Below, piece after piece: positions 25,972 to 34,983 of a stretch of DNA of 64,000 nucleotides; position 1 is the first letter of the stretch, and each line of letters starts with the position of its first letter. The DNA lies in NCBI GenBank assembly GCA_963722655.1, contig CAVRNT010000002.1, positions 138,520 to 202,519 of the forward strand. The letters are read 5' to 3'. The stretch is from an uncultured bacterium (GTDB taxonomy: Bacteria > Patescibacteriota > Minisyncoccia > UBA6257 > GWB1-50-10). Below the pieces are notes generated by a model. The model saw nothing but the letters and a program-made list of their open reading frames with translations, had not been told where the DNA came from and did not search any database. The position numbers and the translations under genes are program-made.

Positions 25972-27015
25972 ATGAGCAAGAAAGCCTCCATTCTCGCCGC
26001 CTTCATAATCTTCCTTGGAACGGCCGCCGTCGCGGCCTTTTTCATTTACCGGCCGACATTCGTCGTGAGCGAGGGCGACGGCTATCCCCCGCTCGACACG
26101 GTCGCTTATAACCAGGCCGTCATCGCGTTGGCGAACAACCCCAAGCTCACCCTTGCCACGTCCACGGCGACGTCAACGGTTTCCGGAGAGAATTACGCTT
26201 GGCCAGTTAAAACCGTCTATCCTTTGGGCGGCGCAATTTTGCCTTTTAACCGCATAGTCGCCTACTACGGAAATTTCTACTCCACGGCAATGGGGGTGCT
26301 CGGTGAGTATCCGCCCGACCAAATGCTCCAGATGCTCCAGAGCGCGGCGGGCGACTGGCAAGCGGCGGCCACGGGCACGCCGGTCATCCCCGCCTTGGAC
26401 TACATCGCCGTCGCCGCCCAAGACGATCCCGGACCGGACGGGATGTACCGCCTCCGGATGCCCGGCGACCAGATCCAAAAGGCCATCGACCTCGCGGACC
26501 AAGTGAAAGGCATCGTGATACTCGACGTCCAAATAGGACTGAGCACCGTGGAACAAGAGGTACCGCTCCTTGCCCAATACTTGAAACTGCCTCAGGTGAA
26601 TTTGGCGCTCGACTCGGAATTTTCGATGCGGGACGGCGGAACGCCGGGCGGGAAGATCGGCACGATGGACGCCAAAGAGATAAATTTCGCCGCCGAATAC
26701 CTGGCGAAGATCGTGCAGCAATATCACCTGCCGCCGAAGGTCCTCGTTGTCCATCTCTTCACCGACAAGATGGTAACGAACTGGCAGGAGATAGAACCGC
26801 TGCCGGAGGTGCAGGTCGTGATGGACATGGACGGCTTCGGCCTGCCGGCCCAGAAGATAAAGGTTTACAAGGACATCGTCGCGAGCGAGCCCGTCCAGTT
26901 CACCGGCATAAAACTTTTTTACAAGAACGACATCCTGCAGCCCGGGAGCCACTTGATGACGCCCGCCGAGGTCCTGAAGTTCTCGCCCCAGCCGATCTTC
27001 ATCCAGTACCAGTAA
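25972..27015 (+). CDS. Hypothetical membrane-anchored/secreted protein (347 aa)
   Basis: N-terminal TM anchor (ILAAFIIFLGTAAVAAFFIY), then a globular domain. No confident family. Followed by a terminator. Confidence 0.5.
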   Translation: MSKKASILAAFIIFLGTAAVAAFFIYRPTFVVSEGDGYPPLDTVAYNQAVIALANNPKLTLATSTATSTVSGENYAWPVKTVYPLGGAILPFNRIVAYYGNFYSTAMGVLGEYPPDQMLQMLQSAAGDWQAAATGTPVIPALDYIAVAAQDDPGPDGMYRLRMPGDQIQKAIDLADQVKGIVILDVQIGLSTVEQEVPLLAQYLKLPQVNLALDSEFSMRDGGTPGGKIGTMDAKEINFAAEYLAKIVQQYHLPPKVLVVHLFTDKMVTNWQEIEPLPEVQVVMDMDGFGLPAQKIKVYKDIVASEPVQFTGIKLFYKNDILQPGSHLMTPAEVLKFSPQPIFIQYQ

Positions 27016-27033
27016 CGGCCGAACGCAAAACAA

Positions 27034-27068
27034 AAAGCGACGCCTCACGCGCCGCTTTTGGTTTTGAA
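27034..27068. terminator. Hairpin terminator shared by convergent genes 25972 (+) and P-type ATPase (-)
   Basis: GCGACGC-CTCAC-GCGCCGC stem with one mismatch, then TTTTGGTTTT. Confidence 0.4.
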
Positions 27069-27081
27069 TGGTACACCGAAC

Positions 27082-28923
27082 CTATTTCAGTTTCAAATGG
27101 AGGTTGAAGAGGCGGAGCGAGTTCAAAAGCGGGAAGAAATCGGTCACGAAGTTGAAGGCGGCCGCGCCCTCCGGCCCGATGAACCGGGCGAGGACGAGGA
27201 AAAGGCCGAAGGCGTTAACGATCCCCCAGATCCAGAAGTCCTGCCGGGCGACCTGGCCCGTGTAGCGGCCGAGGATCATCGTCTCGGGGAGCTCCTCGAG
27301 ATCATCCCGCATTAGGGCGATGTCGGCAGCCTCGATCGCCGCGTCCGAACCGATTGCCCCCATCGCGACGCCCACATCGGCCAAGGCGAGGGCGGCCGCG
27401 TCGTTCACGCCATCCCCCACCATCACGAGTTTGCCCTTCGTTCCCAGGTCCTTTTCAATGTAGGTTAATTTGTCCTCCGGCAGGAGCGAGGCGTGGTATT
27501 CCGTCGCACCCACTGCCGCCGCGACGGTCTTCGCCACTCGGTCGTTGTCGCCCGTGAGCATTATGACCTTCCGGACGCCGAGCGCCTTGAGTCGGGCGAT
27601 CGCTAATCTCGCCCGCGGCCGGACCTCGTCCGAGGTGGCAACGAAGCCGGCGAATCGACCGTCTACGGCGATCAGGGTCACGGTATCGCCCGCCTCCTCC
27701 GCTTGATGGACAGGGGCGAGGTCCTTTCCCGAAAGCGGGATCTTTCTCTCCCGCAAAAATTCCTCCTTCCCGGCGAAGGCCTTTCGGCCGGCGAGCTCGA
27801 TCGCGACGCCTTTCCCGGGCGTTTCGGAGAATCTTTCCGGTTCCTTGAAGCTCACTTTCGCCTCGGTCACGTACTTGACGATGGACCGCGCGACCGGATG
27901 TTCCGAAACGCTCTCGGCGGCGCCCGCGAAGCGCAAAAGCTCTTCGCGCGATGACCCGCTCGCGGGAACGGCTTCGCGGACCGCGAGCTTGCCGCGGGTG
28001 ATGGTGCCGGTCTTATCCATCACGAACGTTTCGGCCTTGGCGATGTTTTCGAGATAGGAGCTCCCTTTCACGATGACGCCGCGTCGCGCGGCGTAACCGA
28101 TCGCGGCGAGGAAGGCCAGGGGGACGGCAATCGCGATGTCGTCGGCGCAGGCAACGAGAAGGAGCGAAAGAAGCAGGTTCAAATCGCGGAAAACGACGAA
28201 GACCGCGACCGCACCGATGAGCGTGAGGCCGATGTACCACGCGGCGAACTTATCAGCCACGGCGCGGACGCTCGCCTTGTCGCCTTGGGCGCTCTCAACC
28301 AAGCCGACTATTTTCTGGAGGGTCGTATCCGCGCCAACCTTAGTCGCTCTAACGATGAGCGAACCGGAGACCGCGAGCGTTGAGGAGAGGACCTCATCTC
28401 CGACCTTCTTCTCGACCGGGAGGGATTCGCCCGTGAGGGACGATTGGTCGATGCTTGCCGTGCCTTCCGTGACGACGCCGTCCACCGCCAGACGATCGCC
28501 GGATTCAACGACGACCAGGTCGCCCGCCGCGACCTTCCTTTCCGGGATCTGGACGATCTTCCCGTCGCGCTTCACCTTCACGGTCTCGGGCCGGAGCTTC
28601 AAGAGGCTCTTGATGGCGGCGCTAGCCTTGTCCGCGGTGTAATAGCCGAAGAGCCGGGCCGAGGTGAGCATCAGGTTGATGAAGACGGCCGAGGCCCACT
28701 CGCCCGTCGCGAGCGAGGCGACCAAGGCGATGCTCGCGAGGAGGTCGACGGAGATCTTCCGATTCTTCAAAGAATTGAAAGCACTCCAGACGACCGGCAA
28801 GGTCCCGACGAGGGCGAGCACGAGGAGGGCGTCCCCGTCGGCCGCCGCCGGCAAGAGGTGCGCGTAATGGAGGATGAGAACCAGGACGAGGAGCGCCAAG
28901 AGATATTTGTCCAACCTCTTCAT
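27082..28923 (-). CDS. P-type cation-transporting ATPase
   Basis: Eight TM segments, DKTGTIT phosphorylation motif, MLTGDN, GDGVNDAAALALADVGVAMG hinge. No N-terminal metal-binding domain. Canonical CPC absent (ACADD in TM6), so ion specificity is unclear. Confidence 0.85.
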   Translation of the reverse strand: MKRLDKYLLALLVLVLILHYAHLLPAAADGDALLVLALVGTLPVVWSAFNSLKNRKISVDLLASIALVASLATGEWASAVFINLMLTSARLFGYYTADKASAAIKSLLKLRPETVKVKRDGKIVQIPERKVAAGDLVVVESGDRLAVDGVVTEGTASIDQSSLTGESLPVEKKVGDEVLSSTLAVSGSLIVRATKVGADTTLQKIVGLVESAQGDKASVRAVADKFAAWYIGLTLIGAVAVFVVFRDLNLLLSLLLVACADDIAIAVPLAFLAAIGYAARRGVIVKGSSYLENIAKAETFVMDKTGTITRGKLAVREAVPASGSSREELLRFAGAAESVSEHPVARSIVKYVTEAKVSFKEPERFSETPGKGVAIELAGRKAFAGKEEFLRERKIPLSGKDLAPVHQAEEAGDTVTLIAVDGRFAGFVATSDEVRPRARLAIARLKALGVRKVIMLTGDNDRVAKTVAAAVGATEYHASLLPEDKLTYIEKDLGTKGKLVMVGDGVNDAAALALADVGVAMGAIGSDAAIEAADIALMRDDLEELPETMILGRYTGQVARQDFWIWGIVNAFGLFLVLARFIGPEGAAAFNFVTDFFPLLNSLRLFNLHLKLK

Positions 28924-28984
28924 ACATTCATTCTACAAAAACGGCGGAGGTAAAAAGAAAAGCCCCCCACTGGGAGCTTAAAAA

Positions 28985-29085
28985 AACATTGAGACGGCTG
29001 CGCAAGGCCAGGCAAAACCGATGCATCTTTGGGTCCTAATTTCAATTAAGGGGTCCTTTTGGCACACAAGCCAGCCGTCTCAAAA
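28985..29085. repeat. Long inverted repeat (12-bp perfect arms TTGAGACGGCTG/CAGCCGTCTCAA, about 70-nt spacer) upstream of the ATPase gene
   Basis: Perfect 12-bp arms with an internal GGGTCCT direct repeat pair. A-run on one side and T-run on the other. A second GC hairpin plus T-run lies between it and the ATPase start codon on the minus strand. Confidence 0.6.
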
Positions 29086-29242
29086 CTTTTATTTAGAGGC
29101 GGTCCTCGGAACGGCGATCGGATTTTAGAGCCGATCTGGCTGGGTTTGGTTTGAAGTAGAGTACGTTCTTCCGGGCCGCCTGCAGGAGAGCTGTTCTAGA
29201 GCTGACTAAAAAGTACACCCGGCTGGCCGGAGCGTCAAATCC

Positions 29243-29638
29243 TCACTCCGTCGTCCGGCCGTCGAAGTGCTCTTCTTGCGCGTCCGCCTCCGCCTTGGTC
29301 CTGTGGACCGTGCCGTCCTTGTGGTTCGGCGGCGCATAGACCGTGTAAAGCTGAAGCGGCTCGGTCGCGCTCGTGTTCACGAAATTGTGGCGGGTGCCGG
29401 CGGGGACGACGATCGCGAAACCGTCCGCGATGTCATGTTCCACGCCGTCCAAGATCGCCTTGCCGCTCCCCTTTTCTATCCGCAGGAACTGGTCCAAGCC
29501 GTGAACCTCCTCGCCGATCTCGCCATGGGGCGGGATGGACATCACGACCAGCTGGCTATAACGGGCGGTGTAGAGCACCGTCCGAAAATTTCCGTTCTCC
29601 TCGGTCGCTTTCTCGATGTTAATGATGAATCCTTTCAT
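29243..29638 (-). CDS. Cupin-domain protein
   Basis: 131 aa. G(x)5HxH...E / G(x)5PxG...H-type two-motif cupin pattern (PPHGEIGEEVHGLDQFLRIEKG ... VVPAGTRHNFVN). Extended -10 (TGaTATAAT) upstream. Confidence 0.65.
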   Translation of the reverse strand: MKGFIINIEKATEENGNFRTVLYTARYSQLVVMSIPPHGEIGEEVHGLDQFLRIEKGSGKAILDGVEHDIADGFAIVVPAGTRHNFVNTSATEPLQLYTVYAPPNHKDGTVHRTKAEADAQEEHFDGRTTE

Positions 29639-29687
29639 AAGAATTAAATTTAAATTCCTCCCGACCTTTCAAGGATTATATCATGGA

Positions 29688-29717
29688 ATAAAAAAGCCGT
29701 TCTCAATTGAGAACGGC
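29688..29717 (-). terminator. Perfect 22-nt palindrome GCCGTTCTCAATTGAGAACGGC followed (minus strand) by a T-run
   Basis: Perfect palindrome, A6 on the plus side, giving a minus-strand hairpin plus U-tract about 170 nt downstream of the GT2 terminator. Confidence 0.4.
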
Positions 29718-29880
29718 CCATGATGACCATCAAAAAAACCTAAGCCCGTTGCGGTCGCCAAGTGTTCACCGCCGTGTAACCTATCATATCTTTTTTACTG
29801 GGGCTTCAGCAAGGAAGGGGCGGCGCTTGCGAAGAATGTTTCGCAAGAGCTCAAGCTACCATTGCTCAAAAAACCGGAAC

Positions 29881-29912
29881 GAAAAAAATCCCCGCTCAAT
29901 CAATAAGCGGGG
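29881..29912 (-). terminator. Intrinsic terminator overlapping the 3' end of the GT2 gene
   Basis: Minus-strand CCCCGCT-TATTGATTG-AGCGGGG hairpin including the TGA stop, followed by ATTTTTTT. Confidence 0.5.
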
Positions 29913-30702
29913 AGGCATGACTGTCGCTGGTCTTTTCCCTTTCTTTAAAGACCCTGTAAAGTATCTCCGACATATCCTCGAGTTGCGGATGTTTCGGCAC
30001 TCGCCGCCAGACCTTGAGGAACGCCCAGGCATACGTGCCTGCCAAGGTCACGAACCCTTCGCGATCAAACCGATCGTGTGCGCTTTTGACCCGCAAGTCC
30101 AGCACGAAGAGGACCTTGCCGACCATTCTTTCTATGAGTATGGCCATCAGCGCATCGTCACCTAAGTATTTAGCCGGAGGAACCCCGCCGATCTTATCAA
30201 GAGCCGTTTTGCGCACGCCGTAATTCCCGCCGATGATGATCGCCGTTCCCTTGAAAATTCCCAAAAAGCCGATGACGAATGGAAATACTTTCTGGGTGTA
30301 GACGTCGTCGGCCCAAGCCTTTCTTCCGGTGAAACCGTAGTCATACGGCCCGGAAACCGCCTGAATTTTCTCGTCCTTGAATATTTCCAGGATGCGATAG
30401 ATCCAGTCCTCCGGAGCTTCGGAATCGGCGTCCAGGCCGAGAACGTATTTGGAATTTTTGTCCGCCGCTCTTGCGCCGGCTCGGCGAGCGATGCCAGTCC
30501 CCCTTTCCGGTTCGCGGATTACCTTATCGGCACCCGCCGCGCGCGCCTGCACTCGCGTCTCCTCGTCCGCCGGACCATTGATTACGACGATCACTTCGTA
30601 CCGATCCCGAGCAATGCCTTTTTGACGCTGCAAACTTGCGACCGTATCGCCGATGGTCGCCGCGGCGTTGTAAGCCGGAATGACGACGCTGACTTCAATC
30701 AT
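29896..30702 (-). CDS. Family 2 glycosyltransferase
   Basis: VVIPAYNAAATIGDTVASL...LGLDADSEAPEDW (GT-A fold, DxD-like DAD). Confidence 0.75.
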   Translation of the reverse strand: MIEVSVVIPAYNAAATIGDTVASLQRQKGIARDRYEVIVVINGPADEETRVQARAAGADKVIREPERGTGIARRAGARAADKNSKYVLGLDADSEAPEDWIYRILEIFKDEKIQAVSGPYDYGFTGRKAWADDVYTQKVFPFVIGFLGIFKGTAIIIGGNYGVRKTALDKIGGVPPAKYLGDDALMAILIERMVGKVLFVLDLRVKSAHDRFDREGFVTLAGTYAWAFLKVWRRVPKHPQLEDMSEILYRVFKEREKTSDSHASPLID

Positions 30703-31321
30703 GGTTCTCTACCTCCTTCTTTTTATGCTTGTACCGCACAACGTAACGCACTCCATACACGACTATCAATAAAGCTATGACAAGGAACAAAATGCTCTCA
30801 TATCCCCCCAATTGACCGGCGAACTCCTGCCAGTACTTGCCCATCAACCTTCCGACCAAGGCGTAAGAGCCGCTCCAAGTTATAGCCGAGATGAGGACCG
30901 CGGTCAAGAAGACCCGCGGCCGGATCTTCAAAAGCCCCGCCGCGACCGAGGTGTAGCCCCGGAGGTAGGGAACGAGCCGGCCGACGTAGATCCCCCACTG
31001 TTCGCGCCGGGAGATCTTCTCGCTCAATCTCATTATCTTTTCCTTGGAGATCGGCAGCCACTTAGGCTTGTGGTCCATCACGTAATCGCCGAAGAGATAG
31101 AAGAACGCGTAGAGAAGCGAAGTGCCGATGAAGTCGGCCGAGATGACCGTGAGGAAAACGAGCGTCAGGTCCAAAACGCCCGCCGAGGCCAGATAGCCGG
31201 CGAAAAGGAGAACGAGCTCGTTCGGCACCGGATTCGGAATGCCGATCTCCTGCAAAAAGACGAGGGAGAAGATCGCGGCATAACCGTACTTTGTGATGTA
31301 AAGCGCAAGCTCCGGTGGCAT
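30695..31321 (-). CDS. DedA/TVP38-family membrane protein
   Basis: KYGYAAIFSLVFLQEIGIPNPVPNELVLLFAGYL is the DedA signature. Overlaps the GT2 gene by 8 nt. Confidence 0.75.
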   Translation of the reverse strand: MPPELALYITKYGYAAIFSLVFLQEIGIPNPVPNELVLLFAGYLASAGVLDLTLVFLTVISADFIGTSLLYAFFYLFGDYVMDHKPKWLPISKEKIMRLSEKISRREQWGIYVGRLVPYLRGYTSVAAGLLKIRPRVFLTAVLISAITWSGSYALVGRLMGKYWQEFAGQLGGYESILFLVIALLIVVYGVRYVVRYKHKKKEVENHD

Positions 31322-31439
31322 TAGGTTAAATCTTACCCCGTTAGAAGCTTTATGCCTAGTGCGGATTTCGATGATGGATAATTACCCTGCTGTTTCCCAT
31401 GCGCACCCAGAATAATACCGTTTTGGCTTCTAACGGGGT

Positions 31440-32084
31440 TTAGCTGCGTTCCGCCTTTTCGGCAAAGCGCTTGGCAAGCCAACGGTAAACGAAATAGATC
31501 GCGATGACGGCGGCGCCGAGGAAGAAAGTCGCGTTCCGGGCGCTCACGATCGTTCCGCTCATATACTCGTAGGCGCGGCCGGAAAAGAAACCGAGGAGCG
31601 AGAAGAAGAGGGCCTTGGGGATGGTGATCGCGACGAGCATCCAGATGAACCGGCGGAAGCGCACCCGGGTGGAACCGACGAGGATCACGCCGGGGATCGG
31701 GATGACGGGGGAAAGTTTCACGAAAAGGAGCACTTTGCCGACGTGGCGGTGCAGAAAGGCGTCGAACTTCTTGAAATGCTCGTCGCTCAAACCGAAAAAG
31801 CGGCCGTATTTTTCGGCGAGCGGCCGACCGCCGAAATAGCCGATGTAATAGAGCATACTGTCCGGGATGAGATCGCCGAAGATGGAGATGAGGATGACGA
31901 TCGGCAAACTGAAATACCCGAGCGCGGAGGCGACGCCCGCGGCGGAGGTGACGATCGGCCCCTCAAGGAGAGCGGTGAGAAAAAAGAGAAGATAGCCGTG
32001 AGCGATGATCCACTGGACGAGCGCGACGAAGGTAGTGTCCACACTTGAATGGTAACGCGCTTGGGGCGGTGCATCAAACATCAA
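31440..32084 (-). CDS. DedA/TVP38-family membrane protein (second paralog)
   Basis: HGYLLFFLTALLEGPIVTSAAGVASALGY...FGDLIPDSMLYYIGYFGG matches the DedA core. Confidence 0.7.
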   Translation of the reverse strand: MMFDAPPQARYHSSVDTTFVALVQWIIAHGYLLFFLTALLEGPIVTSAAGVASALGYFSLPIVILISIFGDLIPDSMLYYIGYFGGRPLAEKYGRFFGLSDEHFKKFDAFLHRHVGKVLLFVKLSPVIPIPGVILVGSTRVRFRRFIWMLVAITIPKALFFSLLGFFSGRAYEYMSGTIVSARNATFFLGAAVIAIYFVYRWLAKRFAEKAERS

Positions 32085-32112
32085 ATAAAAGCGCCCGTTA
32101 AAGACGGGCGCG
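32082..32112 (-). terminator. Intrinsic terminator after the 84-aa gene
   Basis: Minus-strand GCGCCCG-TCTTTAA-CGGGCGC hairpin followed by TTTTATTTG. Confidence 0.4.
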
Positions 32113-32132
32113 GATTAAAACCGACAGCAGGA

Positions 32133-32387
32133 TCACGCTTGAGCGTCGATCTTCTGCAGTATGGTGTGCAGGTCGTCCACACTGAACGACCGTCCTTTCA
32201 GGACGACGTATTCCAGGACCAGTTCACCTTCGAGCAATTCCCCTTGCGTTCCGGCGAATTTAATGAACGTTGCCGGATTTTCGCCCTTCTCTTGGAAGCT
32301 ATGGGCTTTTAGCAAATCGAGAGGTTTGCTGGGTCTAGTGACCAGGATCGCGCCATCGTTCTTAAAGACGTGAGAAATCTTTTCCAT
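32133..32387 (-). CDS. Hypothetical soluble protein (84 aa)
   Basis: GGGGAG RBS 4 nt before the ATG, TATAAAT-like -10 upstream, own terminator downstream. No family recognised. Confidence 0.45.
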   Translation of the reverse strand: MEKISHVFKNDGAILVTRPSKPLDLLKAHSFQEKGENPATFIKFAGTQGELLEGELVLEYVVLKGRSFSVDDLHTILQKIDAQA

Positions 32388-32509
32388 AATAACTCCCCGT
32401 TTATTGTTTTAAAAGAAAACGCGATTTATAGAGTAATATCGAATAACCTCAACGTCAACCGCCGAGCTGGGCCATCGCCCAGGGGTGCTCGGTGTGGAGC
32501 CGCTCGCGT

Positions 32510-33415
32510 TTAGACGTTCAAATAGCGCCGCGTGGCGATGACGCTCGAGACGATCCCCAAGACCACGCCGAAGAGGGCTTGGTAGAGGAAGAGGGCGAGG
32601 AAATTGGAGTTGAAATAGCCCTGGAGGTTGACCTCCGGCACGAAGTTCGAGATCGCGGGCGAGAGTGCGGCGATGATGGGGATGAAGATGAGGAAGGAGA
32701 CGACGGCGGCGATCACGCCGTAGAGGATGCCTTCGATGACGTACGGGCCGCGGATGAAATTATTGGAGGCGCCGACGAGGCGCATGATGCCGATCTGCTC
32801 GCGGTTCGAGAAGATGCCGAGGCGGATGGTGTTGAAGGTGACCGAGGCGGCCAGGAAGGCCAGGAAAAGGGTCAAGATGAAGCCGCCGCGGCTCATATTG
32901 TCCACGAAGGACGAGAGCCGATCGATGACGACCTGGTTCTGGGCGTAAGTGACCTTCTGAATGATGCCGGAGAAATCGGGCTTGTCGAGATAGGCCGCGA
33001 TCGTGTCGTAATGGTGGATGTCCTTCGCCTTGATGTTCAACGAGGCGAGGAGCGGGTTCGTGTCGAGCTCGGATAGCGTCTGGGTGATCGTCGTGTCGCT
33101 CGCGTGGGCCAGCTTGAAGTTGGCGAGAGCTTGGTCCTGCGAGACGTATTCCACGTACTTCACCTCGTCGAGACCTTCGAGCGATTTCTTGAGGTTCAAG
33201 ATGGTGTCCTCCGGCACGTTGCTCTGGAAGTAGACGGTGATGTCCACCTTGTCCTGGATCGCCTGCACCGCCCCTTGGCTCACGACGTTGAAGACGACGA
33301 GGCCTTCGAAGACGAGGAGGGCGAGGATCATGATGCCGATCGTGGAGATCGAAAGCCAGCCGTTCCGGAAAAAGCTTTGGAGACCGTATTTGATTATCCT
33401 GAAAAGAGTGACCAT
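32510..33415 (-). CDS. ftsX: Cell-division permease FtsX
   Basis: Four-TM ABC-permease-like protein with a large first periplasmic loop. Immediately downstream of ftsE, with a 3-nt gap. Confidence 0.8.
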   Translation of the reverse strand: MVTLFRIIKYGLQSFFRNGWLSISTIGIMILALLVFEGLVVFNVVSQGAVQAIQDKVDITVYFQSNVPEDTILNLKKSLEGLDEVKYVEYVSQDQALANFKLAHASDTTITQTLSELDTNPLLASLNIKAKDIHHYDTIAAYLDKPDFSGIIQKVTYAQNQVVIDRLSSFVDNMSRGGFILTLFLAFLAASVTFNTIRLGIFSNREQIGIMRLVGASNNFIRGPYVIEGILYGVIAAVVSFLIFIPIIAALSPAISNFVPEVNLQGYFNSNFLALFLYQALFGVVLGIVSSVIATRRYLNV

Positions 33416-33418
33416 TGG

Positions 33419-34102
33419 TTAGTCGATGAGAAATCTTCCGTGGGCCTCGTCGCGGACGACCTGGCCGCCTTCGAGCGTGATGACCCGCTCCCCGAGTGTG
33501 TTCACGATCTCCTTGTCGTGGGTGGCGAGGATGACAGTGCTCCCGAGCTCGTTGATCTTCTTCAATAATTTTATCACTTCCCAAGTGTTGAAGGGGTCCA
33601 AGTTCCCGGTCGGCTCGTCGGCGATCAGGACGTCCGGCTGGTTGATCATCGCCCGGGCGATCGCGACGCGTTGTTTCTCCCCGCCCGAAAGCTCGGAGGG
33701 GAAGTTCTGCATCTTATCCTTGAGCCCCACCATGTCGAGGACCTGGGGAACGAGCTCGTTGATCTCCTTTTGGAGGCGGCCCTCCACCTCGAGGGCGAAG
33801 GCGACGTTCTCAAAGGCGGTCTTCTTGGGCAGGAGCCGGAAGTCCTGGAAGATGACGCCGATGTGGCGCCGGAACTCCGGGAGTTCGGCGGGCTTCAACT
33901 TCTGCACCTCGTAGGAACCGAAGAAGATCTGGCCCTTGGTCGGCTTCTCCTCACCGATCAGGAGCTTCACCACCGTGGATTTGCCGGCGCCGGAGCGGCC
34001 GACGATCGTCACGAACTCGTTCGGCTGGATCTTGAAGTTCACCTTGTCCAGCGCTACGGAGTTGTGGTTGTAGATCTTGGAAACGTTTTGGAAAACTATC
34101 AT
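33419..34102 (-). CDS. ftsE: Cell-division ATP-binding protein FtsE
   Basis: Walker A GRSGAGKST, ABC signature LSGGEKQRVAIARA, Walker B VLIADEPTGNLD. Confidence 0.9.
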   Translation of the reverse strand: MIVFQNVSKIYNHNSVALDKVNFKIQPNEFVTIVGRSGAGKSTVVKLLIGEEKPTKGQIFFGSYEVQKLKPAELPEFRRHIGVIFQDFRLLPKKTAFENVAFALEVEGRLQKEINELVPQVLDMVGLKDKMQNFPSELSGGEKQRVAIARAMINQPDVLIADEPTGNLDPFNTWEVIKLLKKINELGSTVILATHDKEIVNTLGERVITLEGGQVVRDEAHGRFLID

Positions 34103-34155
34103 AAGAAAAGGCCTAAAATGGCGGCCTTCAGCTCTATAATCACATTATAACTCCC

Positions 34156-34842
34156 CTATTTCAATAAATCCAAGTTGCCCTCGAGCACCTCTTCGACCTT
34201 GGAGATCTTCTCTCCCGTCCGGTGGTCCTTCACCTGCTTATAGGGATGCAGGACGTACGAGCGGATCTCGTGGCCCCACTCCGGTTCCACCTTGGTCTTG
34301 AGGTTTTCGATAGCGCTTTCGTGCTTTTCCTGCATCACCGTGATGAGCTTGGCCTTGAGGAGCATCAGGGCCTTTTCGCGGTTCGCGGCCTGGGAGCGCT
34401 CGGCCCGCGAGGCGGCCACTAGCCCGGTCGGCAAATGGATGACGCGCACGGCCGTTTCCACCTTGTTCACGTTCTGGCCGCCGGGTCCGCCCGCCCGGGA
34501 AAACTCCACCTTGAGGTCTTTTTCAGGGATACTGATGTGCGCCGCCTCCATCGCCGGGATCTCCGGCAGGACGTCGACGAGCGCGAAAGAGGTGTGGCGC
34601 AGCTTCTTGGCGTCGAAAGGCGAGATGCGCACGAGCCGATGAACGCCGGCTTCTTCCTTCAAGCGTTCGTAGGCCCCTTGGCCGCGGATCTCGATGGCGT
34701 TATCGGCGACCTCCTGCCGCTTCCACGCCTTGCGGTCGGCGTACTTCTCGTACATCCGCATGAGCATCCGGGCCCAATCCTTGGCGTCGTCTCCCCCCGC
34801 GCCGGCGAAAACGGAAACATAAGTGATGTTCGGATTATGCAT
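34156..34842 (-). CDS. prfB: Peptide chain release factor 2 homolog lacking N-terminal domain 1
   Basis: 228 aa. Aligns from E. coli RF2 about residue 122 onward ([21 protein letters not shown]). RF2-specific SPF motif (RISPFDAKK) and GGQ ([13 protein letters not shown]) are present. The in-frame upstream sequence hits a stop inside the adjacent tRNA gene, so there is no room for domain 1 or the +1 frameshift cassette. Confidence 0.75.
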   Translation of the reverse strand: MHNPNITYVSVFAGAGGDDAKDWARMLMRMYEKYADRKAWKRQEVADNAIEIRGQGAYERLKEEAGVHRLVRISPFDAKKLRHTSFALVDVLPEIPAMEAAHISIPEKDLKVEFSRAGGPGGQNVNKVETAVRVIHLPTGLVAASRAERSQAANREKALMLLKAKLITVMQEKHESAIENLKTKVEPEWGHEIRSYVLHPYKQVKDHRTGEKISKVEEVLEGNLDLLK

Positions 34843-34846
34843 CTTG

Positions 34847-34918
34847 AGCCACCTCCGAGATTTGAACTCGGGACCTTCACTTTACGAAAGTGCTGCTCTA
34901 CCGCTGAGCTAAGGTGGC
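34847..34918 (-). tRNA. tRNA-Thr (anticodon CGU)
   Basis: Manual fold of the reverse complement. Acceptor GCCACCT/AGGTGGC, D-arm GCTC-AGCGGTA-GAGC, anticodon arm GCACT-TTCGTAA-AGTGA (CGU), T-arm CCGAG-TTCAAAT-CTCGG, discriminator U. Ends 4 nt upstream of the prfB-like start. Confidence 0.8.
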
Positions 34919-34949
34919 AACCTTAATAATGTAATAAAACATTGGTCAT

Positions 34950-34978
34950 TTGTAAAATTGCCGTTCTTGTGGTATAAG
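34950..34978 (+). promoter_or_regulatory. Promoter-like element for rnpB (TTGTAA-N17-TGgTATAAG)
   Basis: -35-like TTGTAA and extended -10 TGgTATAAG with a 17-nt spacer, 5-8 nt upstream of the predicted RNase P RNA 5' end. Confidence 0.4.
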
Positions 34979-34983
34979 GAATC

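Noticed and set aside
34156-34842. PrfH (RF-H) or ArfB instead of RF2
   Set aside because: Retains the RF2-specific SPF motif and aligns colinearly with RF2 domains 2-4. PrfH/ArfB lack these features.
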